Positions 36,385-47,907 of a DNA stretch of 64,000 nt are shown one piece after another. The notes below the pieces were generated by a model. That model saw only the letters and a program-made list of their open reading frames with translations, ran no database searches and was not told the origin of the DNA. The stretch is from assembly GCA_008632985.1 (NCBI GenBank), contig QPGO01000008.1:414979-478978 (forward strand), in the 5' to 3' direction. This DNA is from Psammoneis japonica. Taxonomy: Eukaryota. Position 1 is the stretch's first letter. Each line of letters starts with the position of its first letter. The translations under genes and the position numbers were made by a program.

Positions 36385-37779
36385 CTAGTTTTTGTTAAAT
36401 CCTGCAGATGTCGCAAATCCCATTGCAACTCTTGTGGCATGCAACGTGCGTGAGGCAATTTCACTCGCAGCACTGGCACCCTCCTCAAGAACACTGTTCA
36501 GGTATGCATCGTCGGCACGAACTTCGGCATACTTTTTTTGGATTGGTTCCAAATGCGCCACGACTGCATCCGCCAACTTGGGTTTGAATTCTCCCCAGCT
36601 CATATCTTTGACTTCTTCTATAATGTCTTCTTTGGTACGATCAGGCTGCACAGCCAAGTAAATTGTCAACAGGTTGGTTGCTTCAGGACGCTCCGGGTTG
36701 TCCCATTCAATTCCCTGAAAAGCATCCGTTTTACACTTTTTGATCTTGTCTCGAATAACCTTGGGAGGATCTAGCACATTGATACGGGAGGCATCACTGG
36801 GGTCACTCTTGGACATTTTCGATGTTCCGTCTGTCAATGACATGATGCGGGCGCCGTTCTTGACAATCATGGCTTGTGGCTCAGTAAAGACTGGTCGCGA
36901 TGGAATGCCAGCTGCCTTGCACCGCTTCTTGAACTGATTACCTTTGCAAAACAAATCATGGAATCGACGAACCGTATCACGAGCTAGTTCCAAATGCTGT
37001 CGCTGATCTTCGCCAACTGGAACACGATCCGCTTGGTACAAGAGAATATCAGCAGCCATGAGAACAGGATAAGTGAACAAACCAACGCCAACACCAGCTT
37101 CTCCCTGCTTTTTCGCCTTGTCTTTGTATTGAATCATTCTTTCAAGCCAGTTCATGGGAGTCATGCAATTCAGCAACCACGCCAGTTCGGAATGTGCAGG
37201 AACGTGAGACTGAACAAATACCTTTGATTTGACCGGGTCGATTCCTATAAACATTGCAACTCTATGGTGAGACATGACGCGACATGAAACATTGACATGC
37301 ATTCTCTTGTTGTCGGAGCCTCCTTTTGACATGATACACATACCTGCTGCAATATAGAGAGCTGCACTAGCTAGAGTGCTTTCCTTTAATTCAGTTGGAT
37401 CATGCGGCATTGTAATAGCGTGCAAATCGACAACGCAAAACAAATTCTCAGTCTTCACTTCCACGCCGTCTTCTGTTTGCACCGGAGGCTCGTTTTGAAA
37501 GTCGACCCATTGTCTAATTGCTCCCAAGTAGTTTCCAAGGTGCAATGAACCCGTCGGCTGCACTCCTGAAAGAACTCGTGATGTTCTCACTTTCTTTGTT
37601 GCCTTCAATTTTGGTTCCTCGGCAGTTTCTGTCGAGCTGCTGTACAGGCGTGTATCGGGGCATGCCACTCTCTGGCGAAACGAGGGTGCAGCCGTACGAG
37701 CAACAAAGGCCCGGGTCATCATCTTGGTAGTACTCGTAATGGTTGCCAAGACCATTATGGTGACACTTGTAATCCTCAT
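36385..37779 (-). CDS. WARS2: organellar (bacterial-type) tryptophanyl-tRNA synthetase, complement(join(36385..37244,37344..37779))
   Basis: SGVQPTGSLHLGNYLGA, YPVLMAADILLY, VPVGEDQRQHLEL, KMSKS; N-terminal targeting peptide; 99-nt in-frame intron. Confidence 0.95.
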   Translation of the reverse strand: MRITSVTIMVLATITSTTKMMTRAFVARTAAPSFRQRVACPDTRLYSSSTETAEEPKLKATKKVRTSRVLSGVQPTGSLHLGNYLGAIRQWVDFQNEPPVQTEDGVEVKTENLFCVVDLHAITMPHDPTELKESTLASAALYIAAGMCIMSKGGSDNKRMHVNVSCRVMSHHRVAMFIGIDPVKSKVFVQSHVPAHSELAWLLNCMTPMNWLERMIQYKDKAKKQGEAGVGVGLFTYPVLMAADILLYQADRVPVGEDQRQHLELARDTVRRFHDLFCKGNQFKKRCKAAGIPSRPVFTEPQAMIVKNGARIMSLTDGTSKMSKSDPSDASRINVLDPPKVIRDKIKKCKTDAFQGIEWDNPERPEATNLLTIYLAVQPDRTKEDIIEEVKDMSWGEFKPKLADAVVAHLEPIQKKYAEVRADDAYLNSVLEEGASAASEIASRTLHATRVAMGFATSAGFNKN

Positions 37780-38555
37780 GTGGAATGGTAATAAGAAACG
37801 AAAATCAAAAAGAGCAAGCAGCGGGGTCCTTCTTCAAGACGGAGGATCAAAAATCAGAAGGAGGGAAGAGAGCAATCTTCTAGCTTCACCAAAGTCTCCC
37901 TTTCGACACGTCGAATCTAATTTGCTGGTAAAGATGAGATGAAACTTGAAATCCGCTGTTGACACCGCAAGTTGCTGAGTCAAGGTCGTTGCTCGCTCTA
38001 TCGCGTTGCAGTTCTTTGCCGACGTTTTTTTGCGTGGTCCTGCCTTGTGGTTCGCGGAGGTTGGCGCACACCACGGGCGGGTCGACTGACGTGTGATAAA
38101 TCGTTTGGCTGGTCTTGGGTGTGACTTGCACAGCTTGGGTTGTCACAAGTCACAACCACTTCACACTTATCTTTTAGACCTGCATTAGCTTTTTCGAACT
38201 ATTCGGCAGTCACAGCATGGAACAGGAACCACTCAAAACAAAGGTATGCATTCGTTCTCTTGGCTTGTCTATTCTTCTAAGATATTCTACATACTTCTAG
38301 TAGAAGTGCCCGCTTGAGTGCCCCATTACTTTGCCGGCACAATCGACGTTCGCTGCATGGCATCGGGATTTGGTTGATACTACCAGTAAAATAATGTTTC
38401 GGTAATTCAATAGTATGTATTTATTATGACAGCATGCACTATCTAGCCCTTTCGCTTCTAGGCACACCATGTTCACTTGTTGTTTCGTGCGATAGGTTTC
38501 ACCCAATTTCTTCAACACAACCCGAGACCCTCAGATCTGATCCAGTTTAGATTAC

Positions 38556-39449
38556 TTAATACCCATCAAGAGGATCGAGAACAATTCCGGCAACTACCGC
38601 GGCAAGTCCAACAGCAGCAATTCCGACGGCAGCAATCACCGCTGCCCTTTGTTCGTCTGCGGTTTGGACATCAACAAGACTTTGGCACAAGTCACTCTCC
38701 TTTCCGTCTTTGTCACATTCAGAGATACGGTAGACATAGCCACCGGGAGAAACAGTGTCATCCAAGTAGCGGTACACTCCACCCTCGGGTCCCTGCGACG
38801 CCAAAGGACCAAAGTTCTCGTACGATGCAATCACAGAAAAATCTTCCGTTTTGGCTGCACGGCGCTTCACAACAAACCCTTTCGTATTGGTTTCAGATTT
38901 CGTGGCCCACTCAAGTTCCACTTCACCATCGATGACTTTGCAAGTAAGACCGGTACCACTGAGTTCCTGCGCCTGCGAGTCAAAGTAAAGATTGCCGGAT
39001 ACACTCTTTTCTTGAAGCTGTCGCTTACGACGTGCCTCGGCGCGTTCCTGCATGACTTGTCGGATCTTCTCCTCGTCTTCTTCCGAAATATTCATCCAAG
39101 GGGCATAGTCCACACCATTAGCATTTCGAAGATTCGATACCTTCTTTTTCTTGGCAACCTCTTCTTTCACCAGGGCGTCCACCTCTTCCTCGAGCGTCAT
39201 TTCTTCCTCCTGTTGATCACTGTCGGCGAAGAAAGGCACATTATCTTGTGCCATGAACCGTGCCACTGTTTCAACGAACAGCATTGAAAAAAGTTAAAAA
39301 CGACAACGAGAAAACGAGACACAAGCAACAATCAGTTTCTTACCTTTTCCTTCGGTCGACACGACAAACGCACGGGGCGTGGACACGGGGGCAAAAGCCG
39401 AAACAGAACCTGCCGCTCCGAGGAGAATAAATGCAGAACAGAGCTTCAT
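38556..39449 (-). CDS. plastid-targeted protein with FN3-like beta domain and C-terminal TM helix, complement(join(38556..39265,39344..39449))
   Basis: MKLCSAFILLGAAGSVSA-FAP (ASAFAP motif); VELEWATKSETNTKGFVVKR...YRYLD...YVYRI; GT-AG intron restores frame. Confidence 0.8.
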
Positions 39450-40249
39450 GGTGTCGAGTATCTTCCTTGTGAACAGCAAATGAGATGCACAACGATTGCA
39501 GCGATTGACTTGTTGTGATGCGAGTGCGTCCACTGACGACACCGCGTTGCACGTCAGCGAACGTCTTGGCGGCAAGTTTTGGAGCATCATTATCGCGCGC
39601 GAACAATCGACCGTACCGGTACGAGGACAGACAACCGTGAGACAAGAAGAACAATGGAGTGCAAAATGCTTTGGCAGGCGAGTACAATCAGCTGCACGAA
39701 AACATTCGGAGCGCTCCGCTGTGCTCTCTGCATGAGAGAAAGGAAAGAAACAATTCGTGCAATCGATCAATGTGCAGTGAACAGTGAAACCTCTCCAGTG
39801 ATCAACACTGACAAGAACAAAAATTCTTTGGTGCCTGCAGGCACAAAACCAAGTTTCACAGGTTCCCAAAAAGAGATGTCTCCACATGAACACACTTGAG
39901 CTGATGAGGGTGGACAGCATGCCTCCTGAAAGAAGTTGCAGTGGTGGCATCACACACATGCATGGAATCACCCCACCTTCAGGTGACCCAAATGAGCGCA
40001 TCTGTGTGCACGTGCCAAGAGCCACTGTCAGCGGTCAGCGCATGACTTCAGATTCAGCAAGCTGGCTGTTTGGTTCTTGCTGACAACTGGGTCTCACTTC
40101 TGTTTGGTCTCTGTGATGTTTGTGCTGTGTCATGTGTGTGTCTTGCTCCATCTGTCCACATCAGGTCCGTTCTTTTAAACTTCAAATTTCAAACAGAGTG
40201 TGCCAACCTGAGGCAACAGACAAGATGTTTGGCATGGGATGATGTGAGG

Positions 40250-41974
40250 TGACGTCAGTCAACGAACCCCCCATTGAACCAACCAACCTTGATGGAGGAC
40301 CCAAAAAAGGTTCACCACAGTGGCTTGAAGCTGTCTCTGCAGAAGCCTCACATGAAGAAACAAAAAGTGGAGAGTTGAAATCTTGCCCTGCTTGCCAAGA
40401 AAGAGAAACAGCCAAAGAAACAGAGCAAGAAGGAGACATGCTGCAATTGCATGTTCATGTCCACCTGCCAAACTTGTGCTTGCTCAGCATGTTGCAAACA
40501 TGGTCAACCATGCAACTCTTGCACTTGCTTTGCCAAATGCAAAAACAAAGCTGGGCTCCCTGTTGCATCTTCAGCAACAGGAGCTCATGTGTGAGAGGCC
40601 ATGGAAACTTCCAACCTCTGCCCAGAAACTGGTCCACTTCAGCCAAAAATTTGTCAACTCATCTCTGACACCCCTGGTGATGCCGGCAAAAGAGAAAAAA
40701 ATGGCCAGCCCCAAAGCTGACAAGGAGAGCACCACACCCAGCAGTGATCAAGATGCAGATGCTGACGAGGGCAGAACTGGTGAGGTCAACACTGTCTCAA
40801 GGGAAAGAACATGCAATCTCAACAATGTCGCTCATCTGAATGGTGGAACATTTTGTGACCAAGCTCAGCAAGAGCATTGGCACCTGCTGGCATGCTGCCC
40901 AACACACAATGGTGTGATGCCCCAAACACCTCCACAGGGAAACAGTTCATTGCAATGTCAGCAAAGTTGCTTCACATGGTCATGACGTGCAGAAATGGAG
41001 CTCAGACAGGTCTGTGGTGTTTCAGATTGTCACTCTGCAGCAGGATTGCAGCACCAAAGGAGCAAAGGATGTTAGAGCCATGTTTGCCAGGTGCAAGAAC
41101 AAACACAAAATGCTGGTCAAATCCACCGAGAGTGGCTGCTTGCAAGCAACCTCAAGTCCACTCAGAAGGACAAAATGCCCAAGCAGCATGCCAAGACATT
41201 CAATGGAATGGTGCCATGAGGAAACCCAAGAGGTGCAGTCAGGTGCATTGCTGAATGGGAAAAAGGTGGAAGGCTGTCACACTGGATGATGTCAATGAGA
41301 AGAAAAAGGGCACACTTCTGGAGGTCTCACAAGCAAAACATCCAGAGTCTTTTTGTTGAAGAAGCCCAATTTCCCAAATGTGGCACCTGAGCTCCAAGAT
41401 GTTGCCATCACTGGCAGTGTTGTCAGTGCTGCAGTGCAGACATTGTTGGGGAGCATGTGGCAGGACTTGACAGATCTGATGCCAGCACAGCATCACAATG
41501 GCTTCTCCATTGTCACATGGCAAAGCCAGCAGATTACTTTGAGAAGCATTGTGGTGTGCATGTTCAGAAGCTGGACAGCAAATGAATGAGTTGCCCCCTT
41601 GGGTGGCCTGCCAGGCTCTCATGATGAAAAGACTCATTGTGCAAAACAAAAATCTGGGCATCCATCTGGTCGGTGGGTGTGGAGGAGGCTTGGCAATGAG
41701 CCACAGCCAAAGCCGTTCTCCCAGTTTCTGCAGCTGAAGCCAAAAAAGGTTTGTGGTTTGTGTCACAGACCAAGCACGGGCCAGATTGGAAGCAGGCAAT
41801 GAAGGTGGCATTCACACTGTGAACCTGGGAACAACACAAATTTGAGGATGACTGTGGAGGGCTCTTTTCAGTCAGCAGTGCCTCCAACAGCTTCAACAAC
41901 AAGAACAAGATGCCAGCACTCCTGTTCACAGTCAGGCACAAATGACCTTCTGGCACTCAGTTTGCCTTTAACTG
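40250..41974 (+). mobile_element. 5' part of decayed CRE-like (RLE-type) non-LTR retrotransposon RT ORF
   Basis: LLEVSQAKHPE, NELPPWVACQALM.KRLIV.NKNLGIHLVG, LEAGNEGGIH, NSFN...LFTVRHK*PSGTQFAFNC match the family pattern PPWAAYRALM..RLIALDK.PGIRPVG / EAG.EG.IH / NAFN...VRH.WPSGARFAFNCY. Confidence 0.8.
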
Positions 41975-44900
41975 CATCTGGAAAATGTCGTTGCTCTTGT
42001 TCAGAGCTCACATTCTCTTGTTCAAAATCCTGTGCTCTTGTCAAGTCCTTGACAATCATCAATGAAGGGAACTCAACAATTGTTTCAACCTTCCAAGTGG
42101 GGTTTAACAGTCAACACAAATCAGTCTCATCATGCACACATTCTTGGCAATTTTTCATGTCTGCTTGTTTTGACATTGTTTTTGATTCTGTCCATGCTCA
42201 AAGTGACCTTGTAAGTGGGAAATGGCAGTCATCAATGAAGCTTGTCACTTGCATTTGTTTCTGTCTTAACAACCATGTGTTGGCAACAACTTTCTGACAT
42301 TGTTCATTTCTGACAACAATGGTGTTCAATTGTCTTGTCAACCTGATTGTGCGTTGGCTGTGTGCTGCTTGTCATCTGATTTGCAAATGTTCTGTTTTGT
42401 CATTTCTGTGATGGATGCTAAAAAATGCTCCCCCTTTGTCCTGCCCTTGTTTTTCTCCTGCACTGCACCAGTTCCTGTCATCTTTTGCAGTCCCCACATG
42501 ATGGGTGTCCTGTTTTGGTCCTTGTGTCCTCCCTTGTGGCCACTCTTGCTCTCTCCATGACTCCACTCTTGCTCTCTCCATGATCGTCTGCACCAGGTGA
42601 CAATGCCATCCCACGATGATCTGTCTTGCATTCCTTCTGTTTGGCAGGCACCAAAGTGTTGTCTGTAACAAGAGAAAACTTTGTGCAAATGATCAGGTTT
42701 GTGCATGTCTTGTGTCTCTCATGATCTCATCTCATGCACTGCTGCTGCTGTTGCTCACCTTTGTGCCCTCCCCACTGCCTGTCTCCCATTTTAGCTCAGG
42801 TCGCATGTTCAGATGTCTGTGTGCAAAGATTTGTGCAAGTGTCAGTCGTTTGCATTGTTTGTCCGATCTCCATGCACCCACCACTTGTTTCCTCTTTCTC
42901 ACCTTATGTCCCATGTTTTGCTCCATCCCATCCACAACACTGTTGCCTGTCTCCACTGCTCTCATTGTTGGACATTGGATGAAACTTGAGTTTGCATTTT
43001 TGTGTCTTGCGAGGCGGCAACAATTCATGTTTTTGGCAAAAAGACAAGCCTGTCTGTCAGTTGATTCCCATTGGCATCTCTTTTTCAGCAACAACTTTGT
43101 TTTAGAAATCAATGTCAACATTGTGTTGTGAAGGTTTGAATGATTTGAAACAACTTCAATGAACCATCCAGCCATCAATGTCATGCACGCATTCAACAAG
43201 TTTAATTTTGTCACATTGGTGTGTTCTTGTTGAGATTGAGGTGCACATTCTTCCTGGCTCTGGGACTTCAGTCAACACGTTTTTGCCATTTGGTGTGTTC
43301 GTTGACCATGCTGCCAAGAAAAAAGAAGAAGCAGATCCCACAAGGTGCTGGCCACAACAACGCCAGTCATGCCAGTGCCGCCTGTTTCCATGGTGGCTGG
43401 AGGTGGTGCTCATGGTGCTCAAGCACAAAGTTGAGGTCCACCCAGGCAGCCCAGGCAAGGCTCCAGGACAAGCCCTTGGCAAATCCAATGCCTTTGACAA
43501 TGCACCTGACAAATGTTCCCCTGCAGCTCAACAAGAAGATCTTGACTTTCTCAAGGAGTGTGATGGAGTCCCTTCCTGCAAGCTGCAAGACTCCCTTGCT
43601 CTTTGGAGCCTCTGAGCACCATGCCACCCACAGCATCAGCCCAAAAGAAATGTCTGGTGATGAACGCAGAATGTGGCTGTTGTTTTGCTGGTGCAGACAT
43701 GTGGCCTTTGCAAAAACCAAAACAAAAAAGATGTGCAAGCAGCTGCAGCAAAAACACAAAGTCAGTGGTGCAAAAATTGCCACACTGCCAACAAGATGAC
43801 AGCCTCCCTCCAGAAAGCTCAGAAACACACCCTTCATGCCAGCCAAATGATGACTTTGGAGACCAACCTTGTGAAGAAAGTGGGCAACTTGAAGGTGGGT
43901 TGTGCTCTTCTGTTCTCTCTTGGTTTTCCATCCAGACAAGAGATGCAGGGAACACCATGAGTTTCCACTCAGTGATTCCCTGCCCTGGTTGTTGTTGGCT
44001 CCCCTGGGGCACAATGGAGGCACCCAAGGCCATCCAAAGACAACTGGCGCTGACTGGGCCAAAGAAAGCCAATCACATCAGAAAAAAAGGGGCTGCATTG
44101 GTCCAAGACAAGGCTTTTCCTTCCCAGCCATTGTTGTTCTTGCCTCCTCAAGGACCCAATGGAGCCTCTTGTGCCCATCTCAAGACAAACGGGGGCTTGC
44201 ATTGTCACACAGATGGCTCCTTTGTCTTTCTTGCAAATTGATTCTTGGCTGGACCAAACCCAGTCATGTCAGAGAGACAAGGTGCTGCATTCACACAAGA
44301 CAAGGCCTTTGCTTCCCAGCCATTGTTGTTGTTGTGTCCTGCCTCTGGGATCCAATGGAGTCACCAAAAGCTGTCCCGAGATGACTGAGCACTTGCACTG
44401 TTGCACAGATGGTTTTCTTGTCTCTGCGGGTGGGGTGGCCATGCCAAACCCAATCATGTCAGAGAGACAGGGTGCTGTGTGGACACAAGACAGGGCCTTT
44501 GCTTCCCAACCATCATTGCCATTGCATTTTCTGGGATCCAATGGATTCATCCAAGGCCATCCCAAGCCAAGACAATGGAGCACTTAAGCTGTTGCACAGA
44601 TGTTTCCCTCCTTGTCTCTGCAGGTTGGCTGGCTGGGCCAGCAAAAGCCAGTCATGTCAGAAAGACAAGAAGATGCTGCATTGACACAAGACAAGGCCTT
44701 TGCTCCCCAACTGTGGTTGTTGGCATGTTCCTGGCAACCCACTGGAGTCCTCCAATGCCATCCCAAGACAACTGCACACCTCCTTTGCCACACCTGTGGG
44801 TCTGATGCTTTCACACCTCCTTGTGCAGCTGGGCATCCTCTTGTTTGTGGAGGAATCACACAAGGGGCTGCTGCTTCCCAAGACAAGGCTTGCAGCATGG

Positions 44901-47900
44901 GTGCACCACCACATTCTCCATTTTAGTTTCTCAAGTGGCACTGGCATGTGCATCATGCACCATCCACCCCACAAGCATGTTGCTCCAATCAGAGATGCCA
45001 AGACACATGTCATCAAACTCAACACCAGAATGAACCCCTTGGAGCTGAGGATGTGTGGCTGATGAACTCTGGCCATTGTCTTCATTTGCAACAATGGTGA
45101 CAGGGAAGAAGATGAGACAATCTTCCCAGTCTCTGTCATCTGGCAATGGCTTTCCAAGCAGTGGTGCCATTGCTTGCTTCATTGGATGCAAAGACCATGC
45201 CTTGGCAAGTTTAAATCTAGGCTGCTCTTCCTGCTGTTGTTCCCAGTGCTTCTCTTCCTGCAGCACTGGGGGTGTGCTTGCCAAAGTCATCATCAGGGTT
45301 CAGGCCAATGTGGAGAAAGAACACTGGAGATGCCTTGGAAAATGTCTTTGGAGAGCATGCTTGTTGTTGTTGCATTGTCACACATCCAACCAGCACAACA
45401 AAGTGGATTGTGACAGGGGTGCCTGCACCATTGTTGTTGGCATGGATGTCAGATTGGAGGATGAGTTGTGCGGTGTCTAGCAGGAAAAAATGACAGGTGC
45501 AACAGAGACAGAGCAAGCCAAAGCAAAGGCAGAGAGCTGACAAATGGAAGGAAAAGGAAACATCAATGGGGGGGAAGGGAACAAATGAAGCTGTTCTTAG
45601 CAAGAGTTCAAAATGAGGACAAAATGAGCCACACAGGTGACTCAACATGATGCTTTTGGGCCACGTCCGCATGGCCATTGTTGTGATTTTTGACAAAATG
45701 CCCATCACTCATGAAATCAATTCTTTTTCTTTCCCAAAATGCAGACATGCAATGCAACTCAAGTTGACCATGGGATCAGTTGTGGTGGCAGCAACATTTG
45801 GCACCAAGTGCAAGAAACACCTGGAGAGCATGTTAAAACATCATTGTGATCATGAGGTGTGTGTCCCAGCAAAGAAAGACATCTTTGCTCAATGTTTTCA
45901 ACCAGCATCTGAACTTTTCACCTGATTTCTTTGTTTCTTCTGCATCTGACACTGCAGCAGCAAATGTTTTGAAGGTCTAAAGTGGAGTGCATTCTGCAGA
46001 TGCCTGTGACTTGGACAGCACATTCAACAAAGATGACAGAGAAAGGCACGTGCTCTTTCTTTGGCTTTGTTTTCCATGTCAAAAACAAAAGCAAGCATGG
46101 CAATCCTTGCTTGTCACGATCATCTGCAACAATCAATGTGACTCAATGTCTGCATCAATCTGTCCAAAATTTTCAATCAATGGCTCAGACACCACACCCT
46201 CTGTGACTCAGGGAAACCATCCTGGGCAGTTGTCAGGTGTCAAAAATTCGTGCAAGCTCCTGAGGAGCTTCAAGCAGTTGGACACAGGACCCTGTGAAGA
46301 TGCCAGCTCCAACCAAATTGATTCAAAGCATGGCTTGAATTGTTCACATTGTCTTCAAAGAGGCATTTTCAAGTGGCCAATGCTTCTGAGATTGGGGTCA
46401 AACTGCAGAAAATGCTGCCAGCAACAATCAAATGACAACAGCCAGCCAGAAACCTTCTGTCGGACACCCATTTTCATCCTTTTGCATGCACAGAACAATG
46501 TGTGGCTTGTCAGCAATGCAGATTGAACATTGTGCAATGGTCCAAGAAGCGTCTGCTGCACAGAAGGACGTTGAATGTGAGCAATGGTGAGAATTGACAA
46601 GCACTGTTGGTGTCATTAACTCAAGAAAGGTGGGTTTGATCCAGGATTTGGTGAGTGCTCAAGCAGCTCTCTCTGCTGGGCTCCAAGCACCAGAAGTCAT
46701 TGCTGCAATGATGAGAATGGCTTTGCCAAAGAGCAACATCACAAAGTGGCATGGGCTGGTGTGCTTTTAATGGCCAGTTGCAACCAGAAGTCATCTCCTG
46801 TTTTGCAAAATGTCTGCTGTGACCAAGAGAATTTGCAGTGCAGTTGCTGGACCCCCTTCCACTGCAGTCTCCAAAAAGTGTGTGCATTGAAGGTCCAAGC
46901 ACTGTGGGCATTGTCTGCACAGTGGAGAAGTCAAAGAAGCCAATGAGAGTGCACAAACAAACTGACCTGCATCGCATCACTTCTCACCGACATTTGCCTT
47001 GACTGCTGCTGCCCATAAAATCCAGCATCCAGAGACCAGTCTTCTGGCATTGAAGTGGTGGCCTTGTTTTTGATTGCACTGCAAAGGCCTGTGATGATCG
47101 TTCATGTCATGTGTGAGGCAAGTGAGCCACCCAAAAGAGTTCACATTACATCCGAGAAATTCTCACAAGCTTGCAAGTGAGGATCTCATGCTCAAAAGTG
47201 CAAGAAAGTGATCAATGTTCCTTCTGTCAAGCTAAAATGACACTGTGCCTGTGCCAAATGAAACAAGCAATGCCTGCAAGCATGCACTGCATTGTGAAAA
47301 ATTCCACAATGACAAGCAACCTTTTCACACTTGCCTTGGTCATTTCACACATCACCATCACTGCAGCTCTCCTGGCAGACCTGGAAAAGAGGACATGACA
47401 TGTTGGCACTTCAACCATGATCTCCTGGCTGATTGTTGCAATGACTCTGCATGCAAAGCTTTTTTGCCCAACAACCAGAGCAAAAACGCTGTGTCTCAAG
47501 AGTCCTGTCAACTTGCACATCACGCAAAGCTCACTCGAGTGCCTTTCAGAAAAGTGTCACCAAGCTCACTTCCCTTCACCACAACAAATTGAACCAGCAA
47601 ACTGCAGCACATGGAGAAAACACTCATGTGAGCCACACAGGCAACTTGAACAAAGGCAGAGATCTGACAAATGGAAGGAAAAAAACAACAAAAGCTCTTG
47701 ACAAGCGTTTGAAATGTGAACAGAATGAGCCACACAGGTGGCTTAAAATGAGCAAAAATGATTCAATTGCTTGTGACTTGACATGTGCCAAGAAAAAAAT
47801 TGACAACTGTGTGTGTTGAAGATCTGTGGATGCAATCAGCGTGCATGTGAAAATTTCAGTCATTGACAAGTTGCGCTCTTGTTGAGCATGGAAACATGTT

Positions 47901-47907
47901 GCAGACG
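41975..47907. mobile_element. ~5.9 kb nested insertion with short degenerate terminal inverted repeats, class unresolved
   Basis: interrupts RT at FNC|CK-HW; left end catctggaaaatgt vs reverse complement of right end cgtctgcaacatgt (11/14); TG on both flanks. Confidence 0.5.
43950..44800. repeat. degenerate tandem repeat, unit ~190-200 bp, at least 4 copies
   Basis: caagacaRggcYtttScttcccaRc recurs at ~44104, 44296, 44486, 44686. Confidence 0.8.

Noticed and set aside
37245..37343. Stop-free in-frame insert in TrpRS (and 15857-16003 in the Cys-rich gene) as intein or novel domain
   Set aside because: Bounded by canonical GT...AG, and removal restores the conserved YIAAGIDP; ordinary 3n introns.
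43950..44800. Repeat array as CRISPR-like
   Set aside because: Eukaryotic context, whole ~195-bp units are homologous with no unique spacers, and there are no cas genes.
46250..46520. Minus-strand EGFWLAV / FLAGC as Harbinger or MULE transposase remnant
   Set aside because: Only isolated short matches; no ordered DDE motif series could be read.
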